In this document: positions 17,851 through 28,629 of the stretch, piece by piece
Position numbering within the stretch: position 1 is the first letter of the stretch
Layout of the letters: every line of letters begins with the position of its first letter
From: Mangrovibacterium sp.
GTDB taxonomy: Bacteria; Bacteroidota; Bacteroidia; Bacteroidales; Prolixibacteraceae
Length of the DNA: 34,019 nucleotides
NCBI GenBank assembly: GCA_050256015.1
Contig: JBFWIL010000001.1
Span: 1-34,019, forward strand
Direction: 5' to 3'
Notes under the pieces: generated by a model
Database searches by the model: none
What the model saw: the letters and a program-made list of their open reading frames with translations, nothing else
What the model was told of the DNA's origin: nothing
Position numbers and translations under genes: made by a program

Positions 17851-19137
17851 ATGTCAGTATTTAATGTACAGATGCCAAAGCTTGGCGAAAGTGTTCAGGA
17901 AGCCACGATTACGAAATGGTTTGTCAGGGAAGGCGATAAAATAAAAGAGGATGAGGCCATCTTTGAGGTGGCTACGGATAAGGTAGATTCAGAAATTCCT
18001 TCACCGGTCGACGGAGTGATTACCAAGATACTGTTTCAGGAGAATGATCTTGTTCCCGTCGGCAAGGTTGTTGCCATTATCCGGACCGAAGGCGATGAAG
18101 AAGAGAATGAAAATAAAGCCGAGACTTCCAGGCCCGAAGCAGCCGGGGCTTCGGAAGGTGATAAAAAGGAAACCGCTCCCCGTAGATTTTATTCTCCCCT
18201 GGTTATGAACATTGCGCGACAGGAGAACTTCAGTCCTGAAGAATTGGAACACATTGAAGGCTCCGGAGAAAACGGCCGCGTGCAGAAGAAAGACATCCTG
18301 CAGTATATTGAAACCAAAAAACAGGGAAAAACAACCGCTGTTGCAGCAGATACGGAGCCTGACAATCAGAAAGAAAAAATGCCGGCTTTGGGTTCAGTCC
18401 TGCCGAAGATAAGTAAATCTATAGGTTTGTCCGGACAAATCGTGGAAATGGATCGTATTCGTAAGATCATTGCTGAACGGATGGTTGAATCGAAACGTAT
18501 CTCTGCCCATGTCACTTCTGTGGTGGAAGCCGATGTAACCAGGCTTGTACTTTGGCGGACCAAAGTTAAGGAAGAATTTCTGAATAAATACGGGGAAAAA
18601 ATCACTTATATGCCGGTCTTTACCGAAGTTGCAGCACGGGCCCTGACCGAATTTCCCATGGTCAACGCTTCGGTTGAAGGAGACAAGATCGTTTTGCACA
18701 AGCATGCTAATATCGGCATTGCCGTGGCCAAACCCGACGGAAACCTGGTGGTACCGGTCATCAGCAAAGCCGAAGAGAAAAACCTGCTCGGACTGACCAA
18801 AACACTGAACCACCTGGCTGACGGAGCCAGGAATAACAAACTCGAAGCAGATGATTTCTCGGGAGGTACTTTCAGCATCACTAATTTCGGTTCGTTCCGG
18901 AATATCATAGGAACACCCATTATTAATCAGCCCCAAGTGGCCATACTGGCTACGGGGAGTATTGAAAAAAAGCCTGCTGTAATGGAAACGCCTACGGGCG
19001 ATGCTATTGTGGTCCGGCACAAGATGTTCCTTTCGTTGACCTATGACCACCGCATCATTGACGGAGCACTGGGCGGAGCTTTCCTGAGGAGGATAGCCGA
19101 TCTTCTGGAAGAATTTGACATTAACCGGGCCATTTAA
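17851..19137 (+). CDS. 2-oxoacid dehydrogenase E2 component (dihydrolipoamide acyltransferase)
   Basis: 428 aa. Lipoyl domain (EVATDKVDSEIPSP), charged linker, E3/E1-binding domain (SPLVMNIARQENF...GSGENGRVQKKDI) and catalytic domain with DHRIIDG. Confidence 0.93.
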   Translation: MSVFNVQMPKLGESVQEATITKWFVREGDKIKEDEAIFEVATDKVDSEIPSPVDGVITKILFQENDLVPVGKVVAIIRTEGDEEENENKAETSRPEAAGASEGDKKETAPRRFYSPLVMNIARQENFSPEELEHIEGSGENGRVQKKDILQYIETKKQGKTTAVAADTEPDNQKEKMPALGSVLPKISKSIGLSGQIVEMDRIRKIIAERMVESKRISAHVTSVVEADVTRLVLWRTKVKEEFLNKYGEKITYMPVFTEVAARALTEFPMVNASVEGDKIVLHKHANIGIAVAKPDGNLVVPVISKAEEKNLLGLTKTLNHLADGARNNKLEADDFSGGTFSITNFGSFRNIIGTPIINQPQVAILATGSIEKKPAVMETPTGDAIVVRHKMFLSLTYDHRIIDGALGGAFLRRIADLLEEFDINRAI

Positions 19138-19165
19138 GTTTGGACCGAAATAGCAAGCAACACAT

Positions 19166-21214
19166 ATGAGTAGCATTACATTTCCCGAATTATATTCGAT
19201 TAAAACCAGTCCGAAAGAAACGCTGAAAACATGGTTTGGATTGCTTACTGTTGGCCGGGCCATTGACAATAAAGCTCCCAATTACCTGAAACAGGCCATT
19301 GGCTGGTCATACCATGCTCCATATGCCGGGCACGACGGCATCCAGCTGGCAATTGGTCAGATTTTTGAAAAAAAGACAGACCATTTGTTTCTGTATTACC
19401 GGGATATGCTTTCCGCCCTTTCAGCCGGAATGACGGCCGAAGAGATTATTCTTAACGGCATTTCGAAGGCCACTGATCCTTCCAGCGGCGGACGGCACAT
19501 GTCCAACCATTTCGCCAAGGTGGAATGGAACATCCACAGCGTTTCCTCGCTTACAGGAAACCACAGCCTGCATGCCGTAGGGGTGGCCCGGGCCATCAAA
19601 TATTACGGAGCCAAAGCCGTGGCCATTTCTTCTCAGGGAGAATCTTCTGTATCTGAAGGTTTTGTTTATGAAGCCATTAACGGAGCCAGCAGGGAAAAGC
19701 TTCCTGTAATTTTTGTGATTCAGGATAATGGATACGGCATTTCCGTGCCAAAGAAAGACCAGACTGCCAATCGCAAGGTAGCCAACAATTTTTCCGGCTT
19801 TAAAAACCTGCGCATAATACATTGCAATGGTAAGGATATTTTTGATTCCATGAATGCCATGGCCGAAGCCAAGCGTCATGTGCTGGAGGTGGGTGAACCG
19901 GTCATTGTACAGGCCAACTGCGTACGTATTCACTCGCATTCCAATTCCGACCGGCATGAGCTTTACCGGCATGATGAAGAGCGGAATTATGTAGCCGAAT
20001 ACGACCCCGTGGCTAAATACGAACGTATGCTTAAACGTTACAAACGGCTCACGGACAATGAGATACTGGCCGTTAAAGACGAAGCTGCCGCCATACTGAA
20101 AGCAGCACATAAGGCAGCCCTGAAAGCGCCGGATCCGGATCCGGAATCGTACATAAATTTTGTTTTTGCCGATGCTTACCAGCCGCATAAATACCTGGAC
20201 GGAACCCATCTGCAGAAAGGGGAGTCCAAAAAAATGATCACGGCCCTGAATGAGACACTGAAAGCCGAATTCCGGCATAATCCGGATACCTTTATCTGGG
20301 GGCAGGACATGGCCAACCGCGACAAGGGCGGAATTTTCAACGTTTCCAAAGGACTTCAGCAGGAATTCGGGGAAAAACGCGTGTTTAACGCCCCCATAGC
20401 CGAAGATTTTATCGTGGGAACGGCCAACGGAATGTCTCGTTACGACGGGAAGATCCGGATTGTTATTGAAGGAGCTGAGTTCGCTGATTATTTCTGGCCG
20501 GCTATGGAACAATACGTTGAATGCAGTCACGATTACTGGCGTTCGAACGGTAAGTTTGCTCCCAACATAGTCATCCGGCTGGCGTCGGGTGGTTATATCG
20601 GAGGCGGATTGTATCATTCGCAGACCATTGAAGGAGCGCTGAGCTCCATTCCGGGCGTGCGCATCGTTTATCCTTCTTTTGCCGACGATGCAGCCGGACT
20701 ACTTCGTACAGCCATCCGTTCGAAAGGAGTAACCCTTTTTCTGGAGCCCAAGGCTCTGTATAATGATCCGAAGGCGGCTACGGTGGTGCCCGACGATTTT
20801 GAGGTTCCTTTTGGGAAAGCCCTGGTGCGGAAAGCCGGTGATGATTTGTTGATTCTTACCTATGGCAACACTACGCACATGTGTCTGGAAGCAGCGGAAA
20901 GGCTGGGAAAAGAAGGTTATTCCTGCGAAGTGCTTGACCTGCGTTCGCTTATTCCGCTCGATAAGGAAGCCATTTTCAGCGGAGTAAAAAGGATAGGTAA
21001 AGTACTTGTGGTTCACGAAGATAAGGTTCATTCCGGATTTGGAGCGGAAATCTGTTCGCTGATCATGGAAGAGGTTTTTGAATACCTGGACGGCCCGGTT
21101 CACCGGGTAGGCTCAGCCTTTACGCCAGTGGGATTCCACCGGACGCTGGAAAAGATGATCCTGCCGGATACCGATAAAATTTACAAAGCAGCCAGAGCCA
21201 GCCTGGCATATTAA
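19166..21214 (+). CDS. 2-oxoacid (branched-chain-type) dehydrogenase E1 component, fused alpha/beta subunits
   Basis: 682 aa. The N-terminal half has the E1-alpha TPP-binding region (GESSVSEG...VIQDNGYGISVP, RIHSHSNSD). The C-terminal half is E1-beta-like (transketolase Pyr and C-terminal domains). Confidence 0.9.
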   Translation: MSSITFPELYSIKTSPKETLKTWFGLLTVGRAIDNKAPNYLKQAIGWSYHAPYAGHDGIQLAIGQIFEKKTDHLFLYYRDMLSALSAGMTAEEIILNGISKATDPSSGGRHMSNHFAKVEWNIHSVSSLTGNHSLHAVGVARAIKYYGAKAVAISSQGESSVSEGFVYEAINGASREKLPVIFVIQDNGYGISVPKKDQTANRKVANNFSGFKNLRIIHCNGKDIFDSMNAMAEAKRHVLEVGEPVIVQANCVRIHSHSNSDRHELYRHDEERNYVAEYDPVAKYERMLKRYKRLTDNEILAVKDEAAAILKAAHKAALKAPDPDPESYINFVFADAYQPHKYLDGTHLQKGESKKMITALNETLKAEFRHNPDTFIWGQDMANRDKGGIFNVSKGLQQEFGEKRVFNAPIAEDFIVGTANGMSRYDGKIRIVIEGAEFADYFWPAMEQYVECSHDYWRSNGKFAPNIVIRLASGGYIGGGLYHSQTIEGALSSIPGVRIVYPSFADDAAGLLRTAIRSKGVTLFLEPKALYNDPKAATVVPDDFEVPFGKALVRKAGDDLLILTYGNTTHMCLEAAERLGKEGYSCEVLDLRSLIPLDKEAIFSGVKRIGKVLVVHEDKVHSGFGAEICSLIMEEVFEYLDGPVHRVGSAFTPVGFHRTLEKMILPDTDKIYKAARASLAY

Positions 21215-21226
21215 AAGGGAACCGAT

Positions 21227-21733
21227 ATGAAAAAAACAGCAATTATTTACAGTTTTCACAGTAACAAAACAGCCAGGGCGGCTGAAAAAATAGCAGAGGC
21301 ATTTGGGGAAAAACAAGTTGAAACTCTTAATGCAGAAGAGATTACAGAAGATGATTTTCTAAACTTTGATAATATGATCCTTGGCGTTCCTACCTGGTTT
21401 GACGGGGAACTGCCCAATTACTGGGATGAACTGGTGCCTGCCATCAGGGAACTTGATTTGAAGGGAAAGACCGTGGCAATTTTTGGTCTGGGAGACCAGC
21501 TGGGCTATCCGGAGAATTTTGCCGACGGCGTGGGTATTATGGGACGGTTGATGCGTGACCGCGGGGCCAGACTTATTGGCTATACAGAAAATGGTAACTA
21601 TTCTTTTGAATCGTCCGGAGGACTTGAAGACGGAAGATTTATGGGTCTGGTGCTGGATCAGGAAAATCAGGCCAGACTCTCAAAAAAGCGGATTGAAAAC
21701 TGGGTGGCTCAAATAAAGAAAGAATTCAGCTAA
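21227..21733 (+). CDS. fldA: long-chain flavodoxin
   Basis: 168 aa. Collinear with E. coli FldA (GVPTW..GELP..WD, FGLGDQ..YPENF, GLVLDQENQ...RIENW). The N-terminal phosphate-binding loop is atypical (see findings). Confidence 0.85.
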   Translation: MKKTAIIYSFHSNKTARAAEKIAEAFGEKQVETLNAEEITEDDFLNFDNMILGVPTWFDGELPNYWDELVPAIRELDLKGKTVAIFGLGDQLGYPENFADGVGIMGRLMRDRGARLIGYTENGNYSFESSGGLEDGRFMGLVLDQENQARLSKKRIENWVAQIKKEFS

Positions 21734-21800
21734 AACAGAAAAACGACATTAATTTAATCTATTTTTGTCTTATAGTTGATATTATGTAAATTTTATACAT

Positions 21801-21834
21801 ATAAAAAAGAGGGCATACACCCTCTTCCTGTTTT
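21801..21834. terminator. candidate bidirectional intrinsic terminator between convergent fldA and the TPR gene
   Basis: 7-bp stem AAGAGGG (21807-21813) / CCCTCTT (21820-21826) with a 6-nt loop. On the minus strand it is followed by TTTTAT, 6 nt after the TPR stop. On the plus strand it is followed by CCTGTTTT. Confidence 0.6.
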
Positions 21835-23020
21835 ACTGCAAATCTTCCAGTTTCTTGTTTACCTCTTCGAATTTGTCCATCATCTTCAGACGATAATACA
21901 AGGTTTTAAGGGATTCCAGCGAATAGGTATCTTCCGAATTGATCTCCGAAGCTTTTTCCATATATGGAATCGCTTGTTTGAAAAATTCATCGGCCTTATT
22001 CTTTTCCTCCTCATATTTTTCCGGCTGGTTAGAGGGAACGGCATTGGCCACATCAACCTGTTTTACTCCCTGGTTGTAATAGATCGCCCCCAGATTGTAA
22101 TAAGCATCAAAATAATCAGACTTTAGTTCAATGGCTTTTTTATAAGCTATCTTGGCACTGTCCGGTTTATCCGTTTTATCATACAGTGAGCCGCGTGCAA
22201 AGTGGAACGAGGCATTTGTGGAATCCTGTTTAATAGCCAGATCCAGGTATTTCATAGCGTCTTCCACCTTGTTGGAATTCAAATAAATATTGATCATGAG
22301 CACAAGCAAAGCACTGTTTTCTGGATATTTTTCAAATCCTTCATGCAGGGATGTCAGCGCCTCTAACGTATCCTGCTTATTGATATAGCTGGAAGCAATC
22401 AGTTCGTAAGTCCGTGCACCGTTGTATTCGTGCATGGCTGCTTCTTTATAATACTTAATGGCCTCATCATATTTTTCCGCATTGTAGGCAGCCAGACCGG
22501 CATTGAAAATAATGACCGTATCCACAGCTGTTGCGTTTTCATCTTTCATCAGGGGCATTTCTTCAATTTCCAGAATGCTTTCAAAAGAAGCCAGTGCCTC
22601 ATCGTATTTGTTTTCGTTGAATGCCTTCACTGCCTGATCGGTCAGGTCGTTAATAAGCAGGGTCAGATTAATTTTCACGGTATTGGCATTTTTCCCTTTT
22701 TCATCCAGTTCCAAAGCCTTTTTAAAGGATTCCAGAGCCGTCAGCAACGGCTTATCTGCCAGTTTTTTTATGTCGGCATCTTTTGACTGGTAAATGGCAC
22801 GGTAAATATCTCCCCTTACCTCCCATGTTTTCGGCCAGTTAATGGATTTTTCCGATTTCTCGTTATCGGGATCAATTGCCTCATTGATTGCTTCCAGTGC
22901 TTTATCCAGTTTGCCTGAATCTTTCAGGGATTGTGCACTGGCTACCTTGCCTTTCTGTGCATAGGCGCCTGCAACAGAAATCAAGAAGGCTACCAGTAAA
23001 ATTGTTTTCTTCATCATCAT
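21833..23020 (-). CDS. tetratricopeptide-repeat protein, secreted/periplasmic
   Basis: 395 aa. Signal peptide MMMKKTILLVAFLISVAGAYAQ and multiple TPR-like units (YDEAIKYYKEA, AYKKAIELKSDYFDAYYNLGAIY). Lies directly downstream of gyrA on the same strand. Confidence 0.8.
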   Translation of the reverse strand: MMMKKTILLVAFLISVAGAYAQKGKVASAQSLKDSGKLDKALEAINEAIDPDNEKSEKSINWPKTWEVRGDIYRAIYQSKDADIKKLADKPLLTALESFKKALELDEKGKNANTVKINLTLLINDLTDQAVKAFNENKYDEALASFESILEIEEMPLMKDENATAVDTVIIFNAGLAAYNAEKYDEAIKYYKEAAMHEYNGARTYELIASSYINKQDTLEALTSLHEGFEKYPENSALLVLMINIYLNSNKVEDAMKYLDLAIKQDSTNASFHFARGSLYDKTDKPDSAKIAYKKAIELKSDYFDAYYNLGAIYYNQGVKQVDVANAVPSNQPEKYEEEKNKADEFFKQAIPYMEKASEINSEDTYSLESLKTLYYRLKMMDKFEEVNKKLEDLQ

Positions 23021-23046
23021 AGTTGATTTAAGCTATTTTTTTGTTA

Positions 23047-23077
23047 CAAATTTAAATGTTTCCATCTCATTCCCAAA
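23047..23077 (-). promoter_or_regulatory. candidate Bacteroidota promoter for the TPR gene (TTTG-N19-TAAATTTG on minus strand)
   Basis: Minus-strand TAAATTTG (plus 23047-23054) and TTTG (plus 23074-23077) are 19 nt apart, ~27 nt upstream of the ATG at 23020. Confidence 0.45.
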
Positions 23078-23095
23078 CATTAGCGGAAGGAAAGA

Positions 23096-25594
23096 TTATC
23101 CTTCGGTCTCTTCGGGTTCATCGATGATTTCTTCTGCAGTTGCGTCGCTACTTACTCTGGCTATAGACGCAATGGCATCTTCTTCCTTCAGGTTAATCAG
23201 CCGGACCCCCTGGGTAGCCCTGCCCATAACCCGAAGATCGGATATTGCCAGGCGAATGGTCAGCCCCCTGGCGGTAATGATCATCAGATCGTCTGAGTCG
23301 GTAACACTTTTCAGGGTAATCAGACTTCCGGTTTTCTCTGTGATGTTGATAGTTTTCACCCCTTTTCCCCCACGGTTGGTCACCCGGTAATCACTGATAC
23401 TTGAACGCTTTCCGAAACCTCTTTCCGAAACGACCAGAACATCCTCAGCCTCATTCTCAACAGAGATCATGCCAACCACTTCATCCTGCTCATTCCCCAG
23501 GGTGATCCCGCGTACTCCGGAAGCCGTGCGGCCAATAGCCCTTACAATATTTTCATGGAAGCGAATGGCCTTACCCGAACGCACGGCAATCATGATTTCA
23601 TGATTGCCGTTGGTAAGGAGGGCTTCCAGCAACTGATCTCCTTCCCTTATGGTGATGGCATTAATGCCGCTCTGTCGGGGACGGGAATAGGCTTCCAGCG
23701 TGGTTTTTTTGATCACGCCCTTCTTTGTGCAGAGAATAATGAAATTGTTATTGATATAATCGGCTTCCTGAAGCGTACGAACATTGATGTAAGCCAGCAC
23801 CTGATCGTCAGGTTCAATATTGAGCAGATTCTGAATAGCCCTTCCTTTCGAGGTTTTGGTACCTTCCGGAATTTCATACACCTTCAGCCAGAAACATTTT
23901 CCCTTTTCTGTAAAGAGCAGCAGCGTATTGTGCATGGAAGCAATAAACAGATGAACCAGGAAATCTTCGTCGCGCGTGGTGCTCCCTTTGGAACCGGTGC
24001 CTCCCCTGCCCTGCGTTTTAAATTCGGAAAGCGGGGTCCGCTTAATATAGCCCAGGTGAGAAATGGTAATAACCATGTCTTCGTCCGCATAAAAATCTTC
24101 CGGGTTGAATTCCTCTGCATTGGGCACAATCTCTGTTTTCCTCTCATCCCCGTACTGGGTTTTGACCTCCTGCAGTTCTTCTTTGATGATCTGCATCCGC
24201 AGATTTACGTCGGCCAGAATTTCCCTGCAGCGTTCGATAAACTTCATGATATCGGCATATTCCTGATGCAGTTTATCCTGTTCCAGTCCGGTGAGCTGCC
24301 GAAGCCGCATTTCGACAATCGCACGTGCCTGCACTTCAGTAAGACTAAATCGTTCCATCAATCGCTCACGGGCTTCATCCGGAGTTTTTGAGCCTCGGAT
24401 TATAGCAATCACTTCATCAATATTATCACTGGCTATGATCAGTCCCTCCAGAATATGCGCCCGTTTTTCGGCCTGGTCCAGTTCATACTGGGTACGACGG
24501 GTTACCACCTCATGGCGGTGATCCACAAAATAGCGGATCAGGTCTTTCAGGTTCAGCAAACGCGGACGTCCCTTCACCAGAGCAATATTATTCACGCTGA
24601 AAGAAGTCTGCAGCGCCGTGAATTTATACAGCTTATTTAGAACGACATTGGAAATCTCATCCTTTTTAATGTCGATGACAATCCGCATTCCGTCCCGATC
24701 GGACTCATCGTTTACATTGGAAATCCCTTCTATTTTCTTTTCATTGACCAGTTCGGCAATCTTCATGATCAGTTCTGCCTTGTTGACCATGTAAGGAATT
24801 TCGGTGATTACAATCCGTTCCCTCCCGTTTCCATGAGGTTCAATATGCGATTTCCCACGTATTATAACGCGCCCCCTGCCGGTCTCATAGGCATCTTCAA
24901 CCCCTTTGTATCCGTATATAATGCCTCCTGTGGGAAAATCGGGAGCTTTAATGACGGAGATCAGTTCATTTACCCCGATATCCGGGTTGTCGATGTATGC
25001 CACAATGGCATCTACGGTATCAGACAGATTATGCGGAGGCATATTGGTAGCCATTCCCACGGCAATACCCGAAGCCCCATTTACCAGCAAAAGCGGCAGC
25101 CGGGTTGGCAATACGGAAGGTTCGTTAAGCGATTCGTCGAAGTTGGGCTGAAAATCAACCGTGTTTTTATCCAGATCACTCAGCGTACTTTCAGCAATCC
25201 TGCTCATACGGGCCTCTGTGTAACGCATGGCTGCAGGCGAGTCTCCGTCAACGGATCCGAAGTTTCCCTGTCCGTCGACCAGGGGGTAACGCAAGGACCA
25301 GTCCTGGGCCATACGAACCATGGCCATATATACTGACGAGTCTCCATGCGGGTGGTATTTACCCAGGACCTCCCCCACGATCCTGGCCGATTTTTTATAA
25401 GGTCTGTTGGATGATACCCCCAATTCCTGCATACCAAAAAGTACACGGCGGTGTACAGGTTTAAATCCGTCACGGACATCGGGTAAGGCTCTGGAAACAA
25501 TCACGGACATCGAGTAGTCGATGTAGGCCGATTTCATTTGCTCTTCGATATTGATCTTAATAATCCGTTCGCCTTCAGCCATTAAATCCTCCAT
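23096..25594 (-). CDS. gyrA: DNA gyrase subunit A
   Basis: 832 aa. [43 protein letters not shown], catalytic AAMRYTE, and C-terminal beta-pinwheel repeats. An alternative start MAEGE lies at 25582. Confidence 0.97.
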   Translation of the reverse strand: MEDLMAEGERIIKINIEEQMKSAYIDYSMSVIVSRALPDVRDGFKPVHRRVLFGMQELGVSSNRPYKKSARIVGEVLGKYHPHGDSSVYMAMVRMAQDWSLRYPLVDGQGNFGSVDGDSPAAMRYTEARMSRIAESTLSDLDKNTVDFQPNFDESLNEPSVLPTRLPLLLVNGASGIAVGMATNMPPHNLSDTVDAIVAYIDNPDIGVNELISVIKAPDFPTGGIIYGYKGVEDAYETGRGRVIIRGKSHIEPHGNGRERIVITEIPYMVNKAELIMKIAELVNEKKIEGISNVNDESDRDGMRIVIDIKKDEISNVVLNKLYKFTALQTSFSVNNIALVKGRPRLLNLKDLIRYFVDHRHEVVTRRTQYELDQAEKRAHILEGLIIASDNIDEVIAIIRGSKTPDEARERLMERFSLTEVQARAIVEMRLRQLTGLEQDKLHQEYADIMKFIERCREILADVNLRMQIIKEELQEVKTQYGDERKTEIVPNAEEFNPEDFYADEDMVITISHLGYIKRTPLSEFKTQGRGGTGSKGSTTRDEDFLVHLFIASMHNTLLLFTEKGKCFWLKVYEIPEGTKTSKGRAIQNLLNIEPDDQVLAYINVRTLQEADYINNNFIILCTKKGVIKKTTLEAYSRPRQSGINAITIREGDQLLEALLTNGNHEIMIAVRSGKAIRFHENIVRAIGRTASGVRGITLGNEQDEVVGMISVENEAEDVLVVSERGFGKRSSISDYRVTNRGGKGVKTINITEKTGSLITLKSVTDSDDLMIITARGLTIRLAISDLRVMGRATQGVRLINLKEEDAIASIARVSSDATAEEIIDEPEETEG

Positions 25595-25621
25595 GAATTT
25601 CTTTCTTTTTAAAATTAACGT

Positions 25622-25629
25622 ACAAAAAT
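25622..25629 (-). promoter_or_regulatory. candidate -7 box TATTTTTG (minus strand) upstream of gyrA
   Basis: Matches TAnnTTTG, 28 nt upstream of the ATG at 25594. No convincing -33 element. Confidence 0.3.
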
Positions 25630-25979
25630 AACAAAATACTCCGAAAGACCTGCGGCATAAACCGGATTTAATCGCTCATGTTCCTTTAATTTTCAACAGG
25701 CTGTTGTTTAAAAATCTATTTTCTCAAACCATCTGGGAATTGGCAATTTATATGTATTTTTAATCCATATTTTTATGACCGGATGCTGCGGACAAATCGA
25801 AAAGTTAATCTTTCTCCTTTTCAGGCGGGAGATTTGCTGGTGTGTGCATTTTAGCCGAATGCGCTCAGCCGGTTAGGCTGGACTGACGGCCGACAAACAG
25901 CAAACCCGTCAACAAATTAGGAACGGTTTTTGTTAGGCTTATACAATTATTAAATTAAAACAACAGAAAGATCATACTT

Positions 25980-28496
25980 ATGGATTCTCAATTCTCACCA
26001 AGAATAAAAGACGTTCTCTCCTACAGCCGGGAAGAAGCAATCAGGCTGGGGAATGAACAGATTGGGTTGGAACATATTTTTCTGGGAATTTTGAGAGACG
26101 GAGAAGGAATAGCAGTGGATTTGCTTACCAACTTGGGCATTAACCTGTCGGAGGTTAAGGAAACCATAGAAAACAGATTGCGCACTACGCTGGAAATTGA
26201 CTCTCAAGCCTCCATACAGTTACTGAAATCGGCAGAGAAGGCTCTCAAACTGGTTTATCTTGAAGCCCGCTCCATGAACAGTCAGACCATCAATACCGGG
26301 CATCTGCTGCTGGCCATCATGAAAGACAAGGATTCTGCCATTGCCAGCATCCTGAACGATTACCATGTCAATTACTATATGTTGAAATCCAGGCTGGAAG
26401 ACTTTAAACAACCTGAAGACAAGGCCGACTTCGGAGACGAGGAAGATGATCTGGATGATCCTTTTTCCAAATCCGGTCCGCAGGGATCATCCAAAAAGCC
26501 GGCTGTTTCCAAATCGGAGACACCGGTACTGGATAATTTTGGTATTGACATTACCAAGGCTGCCGAAGAAAACAGTTTGGATCCTATTGTAGGCCGTGAA
26601 CAGGAAATTGAACGGCTGGCCCAGATCTTGTCGCGCCGTAAAAAGAACAATCCGATCCTGATCGGTGAACCCGGAGTCGGAAAATCGGCCATTGCAGAGG
26701 GACTCGCTCTGCGCATCGTTCATAAAAAAGTTTCCCGGGTGCTTTTCGACAAACGGGTGGTCAGCCTGGACATTGCCTCTATTGTGGCCGGCACCAAATA
26801 CCGCGGTCAGTTTGAAGAACGCATGAAAGCCATTCTGAATGAACTCTCCAAGGTGAACAATGTGATTCTCTTTATCGATGAGATTCACACCATTGTGGGA
26901 GCAGGCGGCGCTACCGGATCGCTGGATGCCGCCAACATGTTGAAACCTGCTCTTGCCCGGGGCGACATTCAGTGCATCGGAGCAACCACTCTGGATGAAT
27001 ACCGGCAGCAAATTGAAAAAGACGGGGCCCTGGAAAGGCGGTTTCAAAAGGTTATGGTTGAACCCACCTCGGCGGAAGAAACCGTTGAGATTCTCAACAA
27101 CATAAAAGGCCGGTACGAAGATCATCACAATGTTTACTATACCCCTGAAGCTATTGAGGCCTGTGTCAAGTTGACCAACCGGTACATTACCGACCGGTTT
27201 CTGCCTGATAAGGCCATTGACGCCCTTGATGAGGCCGGGTCGCGTGTGCATATTTCCAACATCAATGTTCCGGAACGGATTCTCCGGCTGGAGGAAAAAA
27301 TAGAAACCACCCGTGAAGAAAAGATCAAAGCAGTAAAAAGCCAGAACTTTGAACTGGCCGCCGGTCACCGTGATAAGGAGAAAAACCTGCTTCAACTTCT
27401 GGATCAGGAAAAGGAAGCCTGGGAAAAGGAGCTTTTAAGTCATCGCGAACTGGTCAACGAAGACAAGGTGGCAGAAGTGGTTGCCATGATGTCAGGCGTG
27501 CCGGTGCAGCGCATTGCCCAGGCTGAAGGGAAACGCCTGATGCATATGGGAGAAAAACTAAAAGGCAGCGTGGTCGGACAGGATGAGGCTATCCGGAAAA
27601 TTGTCAAGGCTATCCAGCGTAACCGGGCCGGATTGAAGGACCCGAGCAAACCGATTGGTTCCTTTATTTTTCTTGGACCGACCGGTGTGGGTAAAACCCA
27701 GCTGGCCAAGGTTATTGCCCAGTACCTGTTCGACAGCATTGATGCACTGATCCGTATCGACATGAGTGAATACATGGAAAAATTCTCTGTATCGCGGCTG
27801 GTTGGAGCTCCCCCGGGGTATGTGGGTTATGAAGAAGGCGGACAGCTTACGGAAAAAGTCCGAAGAAAACCCTACTCGGTGATTTTGCTTGATGAAATTG
27901 AGAAAGCCCATCCCGATGTTTTTCACCTGTTGCTGCAGATGCTTGACGAAGGCAGGCTGACCGACAGTCTGGGCCGGAATATCGATTTCAGAAACACGAT
28001 TATCATTATGACTTCGAATATTGGCTCCAGACAGTTAAAAGATTTCGGGGCAGGTATCGGATTCAACAATAAATACAAAACGGCTGAAGAGGAAACAGAA
28101 CATGCAAGATACATTGTGGAAAAGGCCTTGAAAAAGACATTTGCTCCTGAGTTTCTAAACCGGGTGGACGATGTAATCATGTTCAATGCCCTGTCGAGGC
28201 ATGACATTCATAAGATTATAGACATTGAGTTGCGTGGACTTTATGAACGGGTGACTTTGCTGAACTATAAGCTGAAAATATCCAAGGCAGCCAAGGAATT
28301 CATAGCAGAGAAAGGGTATGATGTGCAGTATGGCGCCCGGCCGCTGAAACGGGCCATACAGAAATACCTGGAAGACGAGATGGCCGAAGTGATTATCCGT
28401 GCTTCGATAACCGAAGGCGATACGGTATCGGTAGGCTTTGACAAGAAAAACGAAAAGATCAAAATCCGCATTCTGGGCACTCCCCAGAAAGCATAG
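25980..28496 (+). CDS. clpC: ATP-dependent Clp protease ATP-binding subunit ClpC
   Basis: 838 aa. Clp_N repeats, two AAA+ modules (GEPGVGKSA and GPTGVGKT Walker A), a UVR-like linker ([11 protein letters not shown]) and a ClpP-docking IGF loop (GAGIGFNN). Confidence 0.93.
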   Translation: MDSQFSPRIKDVLSYSREEAIRLGNEQIGLEHIFLGILRDGEGIAVDLLTNLGINLSEVKETIENRLRTTLEIDSQASIQLLKSAEKALKLVYLEARSMNSQTINTGHLLLAIMKDKDSAIASILNDYHVNYYMLKSRLEDFKQPEDKADFGDEEDDLDDPFSKSGPQGSSKKPAVSKSETPVLDNFGIDITKAAEENSLDPIVGREQEIERLAQILSRRKKNNPILIGEPGVGKSAIAEGLALRIVHKKVSRVLFDKRVVSLDIASIVAGTKYRGQFEERMKAILNELSKVNNVILFIDEIHTIVGAGGATGSLDAANMLKPALARGDIQCIGATTLDEYRQQIEKDGALERRFQKVMVEPTSAEETVEILNNIKGRYEDHHNVYYTPEAIEACVKLTNRYITDRFLPDKAIDALDEAGSRVHISNINVPERILRLEEKIETTREEKIKAVKSQNFELAAGHRDKEKNLLQLLDQEKEAWEKELLSHRELVNEDKVAEVVAMMSGVPVQRIAQAEGKRLMHMGEKLKGSVVGQDEAIRKIVKAIQRNRAGLKDPSKPIGSFIFLGPTGVGKTQLAKVIAQYLFDSIDALIRIDMSEYMEKFSVSRLVGAPPGYVGYEEGGQLTEKVRRKPYSVILLDEIEKAHPDVFHLLLQMLDEGRLTDSLGRNIDFRNTIIIMTSNIGSRQLKDFGAGIGFNNKYKTAEEETEHARYIVEKALKKTFAPEFLNRVDDVIMFNALSRHDIHKIIDIELRGLYERVTLLNYKLKISKAAKEFIAEKGYDVQYGARPLKRAIQKYLEDEMAEVIIRASITEGDTVSVGFDKKNEKIKIRILGTPQKA

Positions 28497-28629
28497 GCTC
28501 CTGTGGCCCCGCCCCAGCAGGAGTACTCATTCCTGCAGGGCTGCCGGACGATTCCGGAGGACCCGGGCAGCAAAAAAAGACCGCTGCCGGAAAGACAACG
28601 GATCTTGTATTTTATTCTGATGACCGGTT

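Noticed and set aside
19421-20617. Very long antisense ORFs opposite confident genes. The largest is 398 aa opposite E1ab. Others lie at 735-1337, 3594-4355, 4554-5252, 13612-14496, 18394-19281, 23555-24391, 26487-27395 and 30375-30941.
   Set aside because: Each lies fully inside a gene, or a gene pair, with strong family motifs on the other strand. Their translations are low-complexity (Arg/Gly/Pro/Ser-rich) with no recognisable motifs. This is the typical stop-codon-depleted antisense frame of coding DNA.
28497-28629. Hairpins between convergent clpC and fabG considered as terminators: CTCCTG/CAGGAG at 28498-28523, and GCTGCCGG.../CCGGGCAGC next to an A7 run.
   Set aside because: The stems are short or bulged. 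The A/T run is on the wrong side of the main hairpin for both transcription directions, so I cannot support a canonical intrinsic terminator call.
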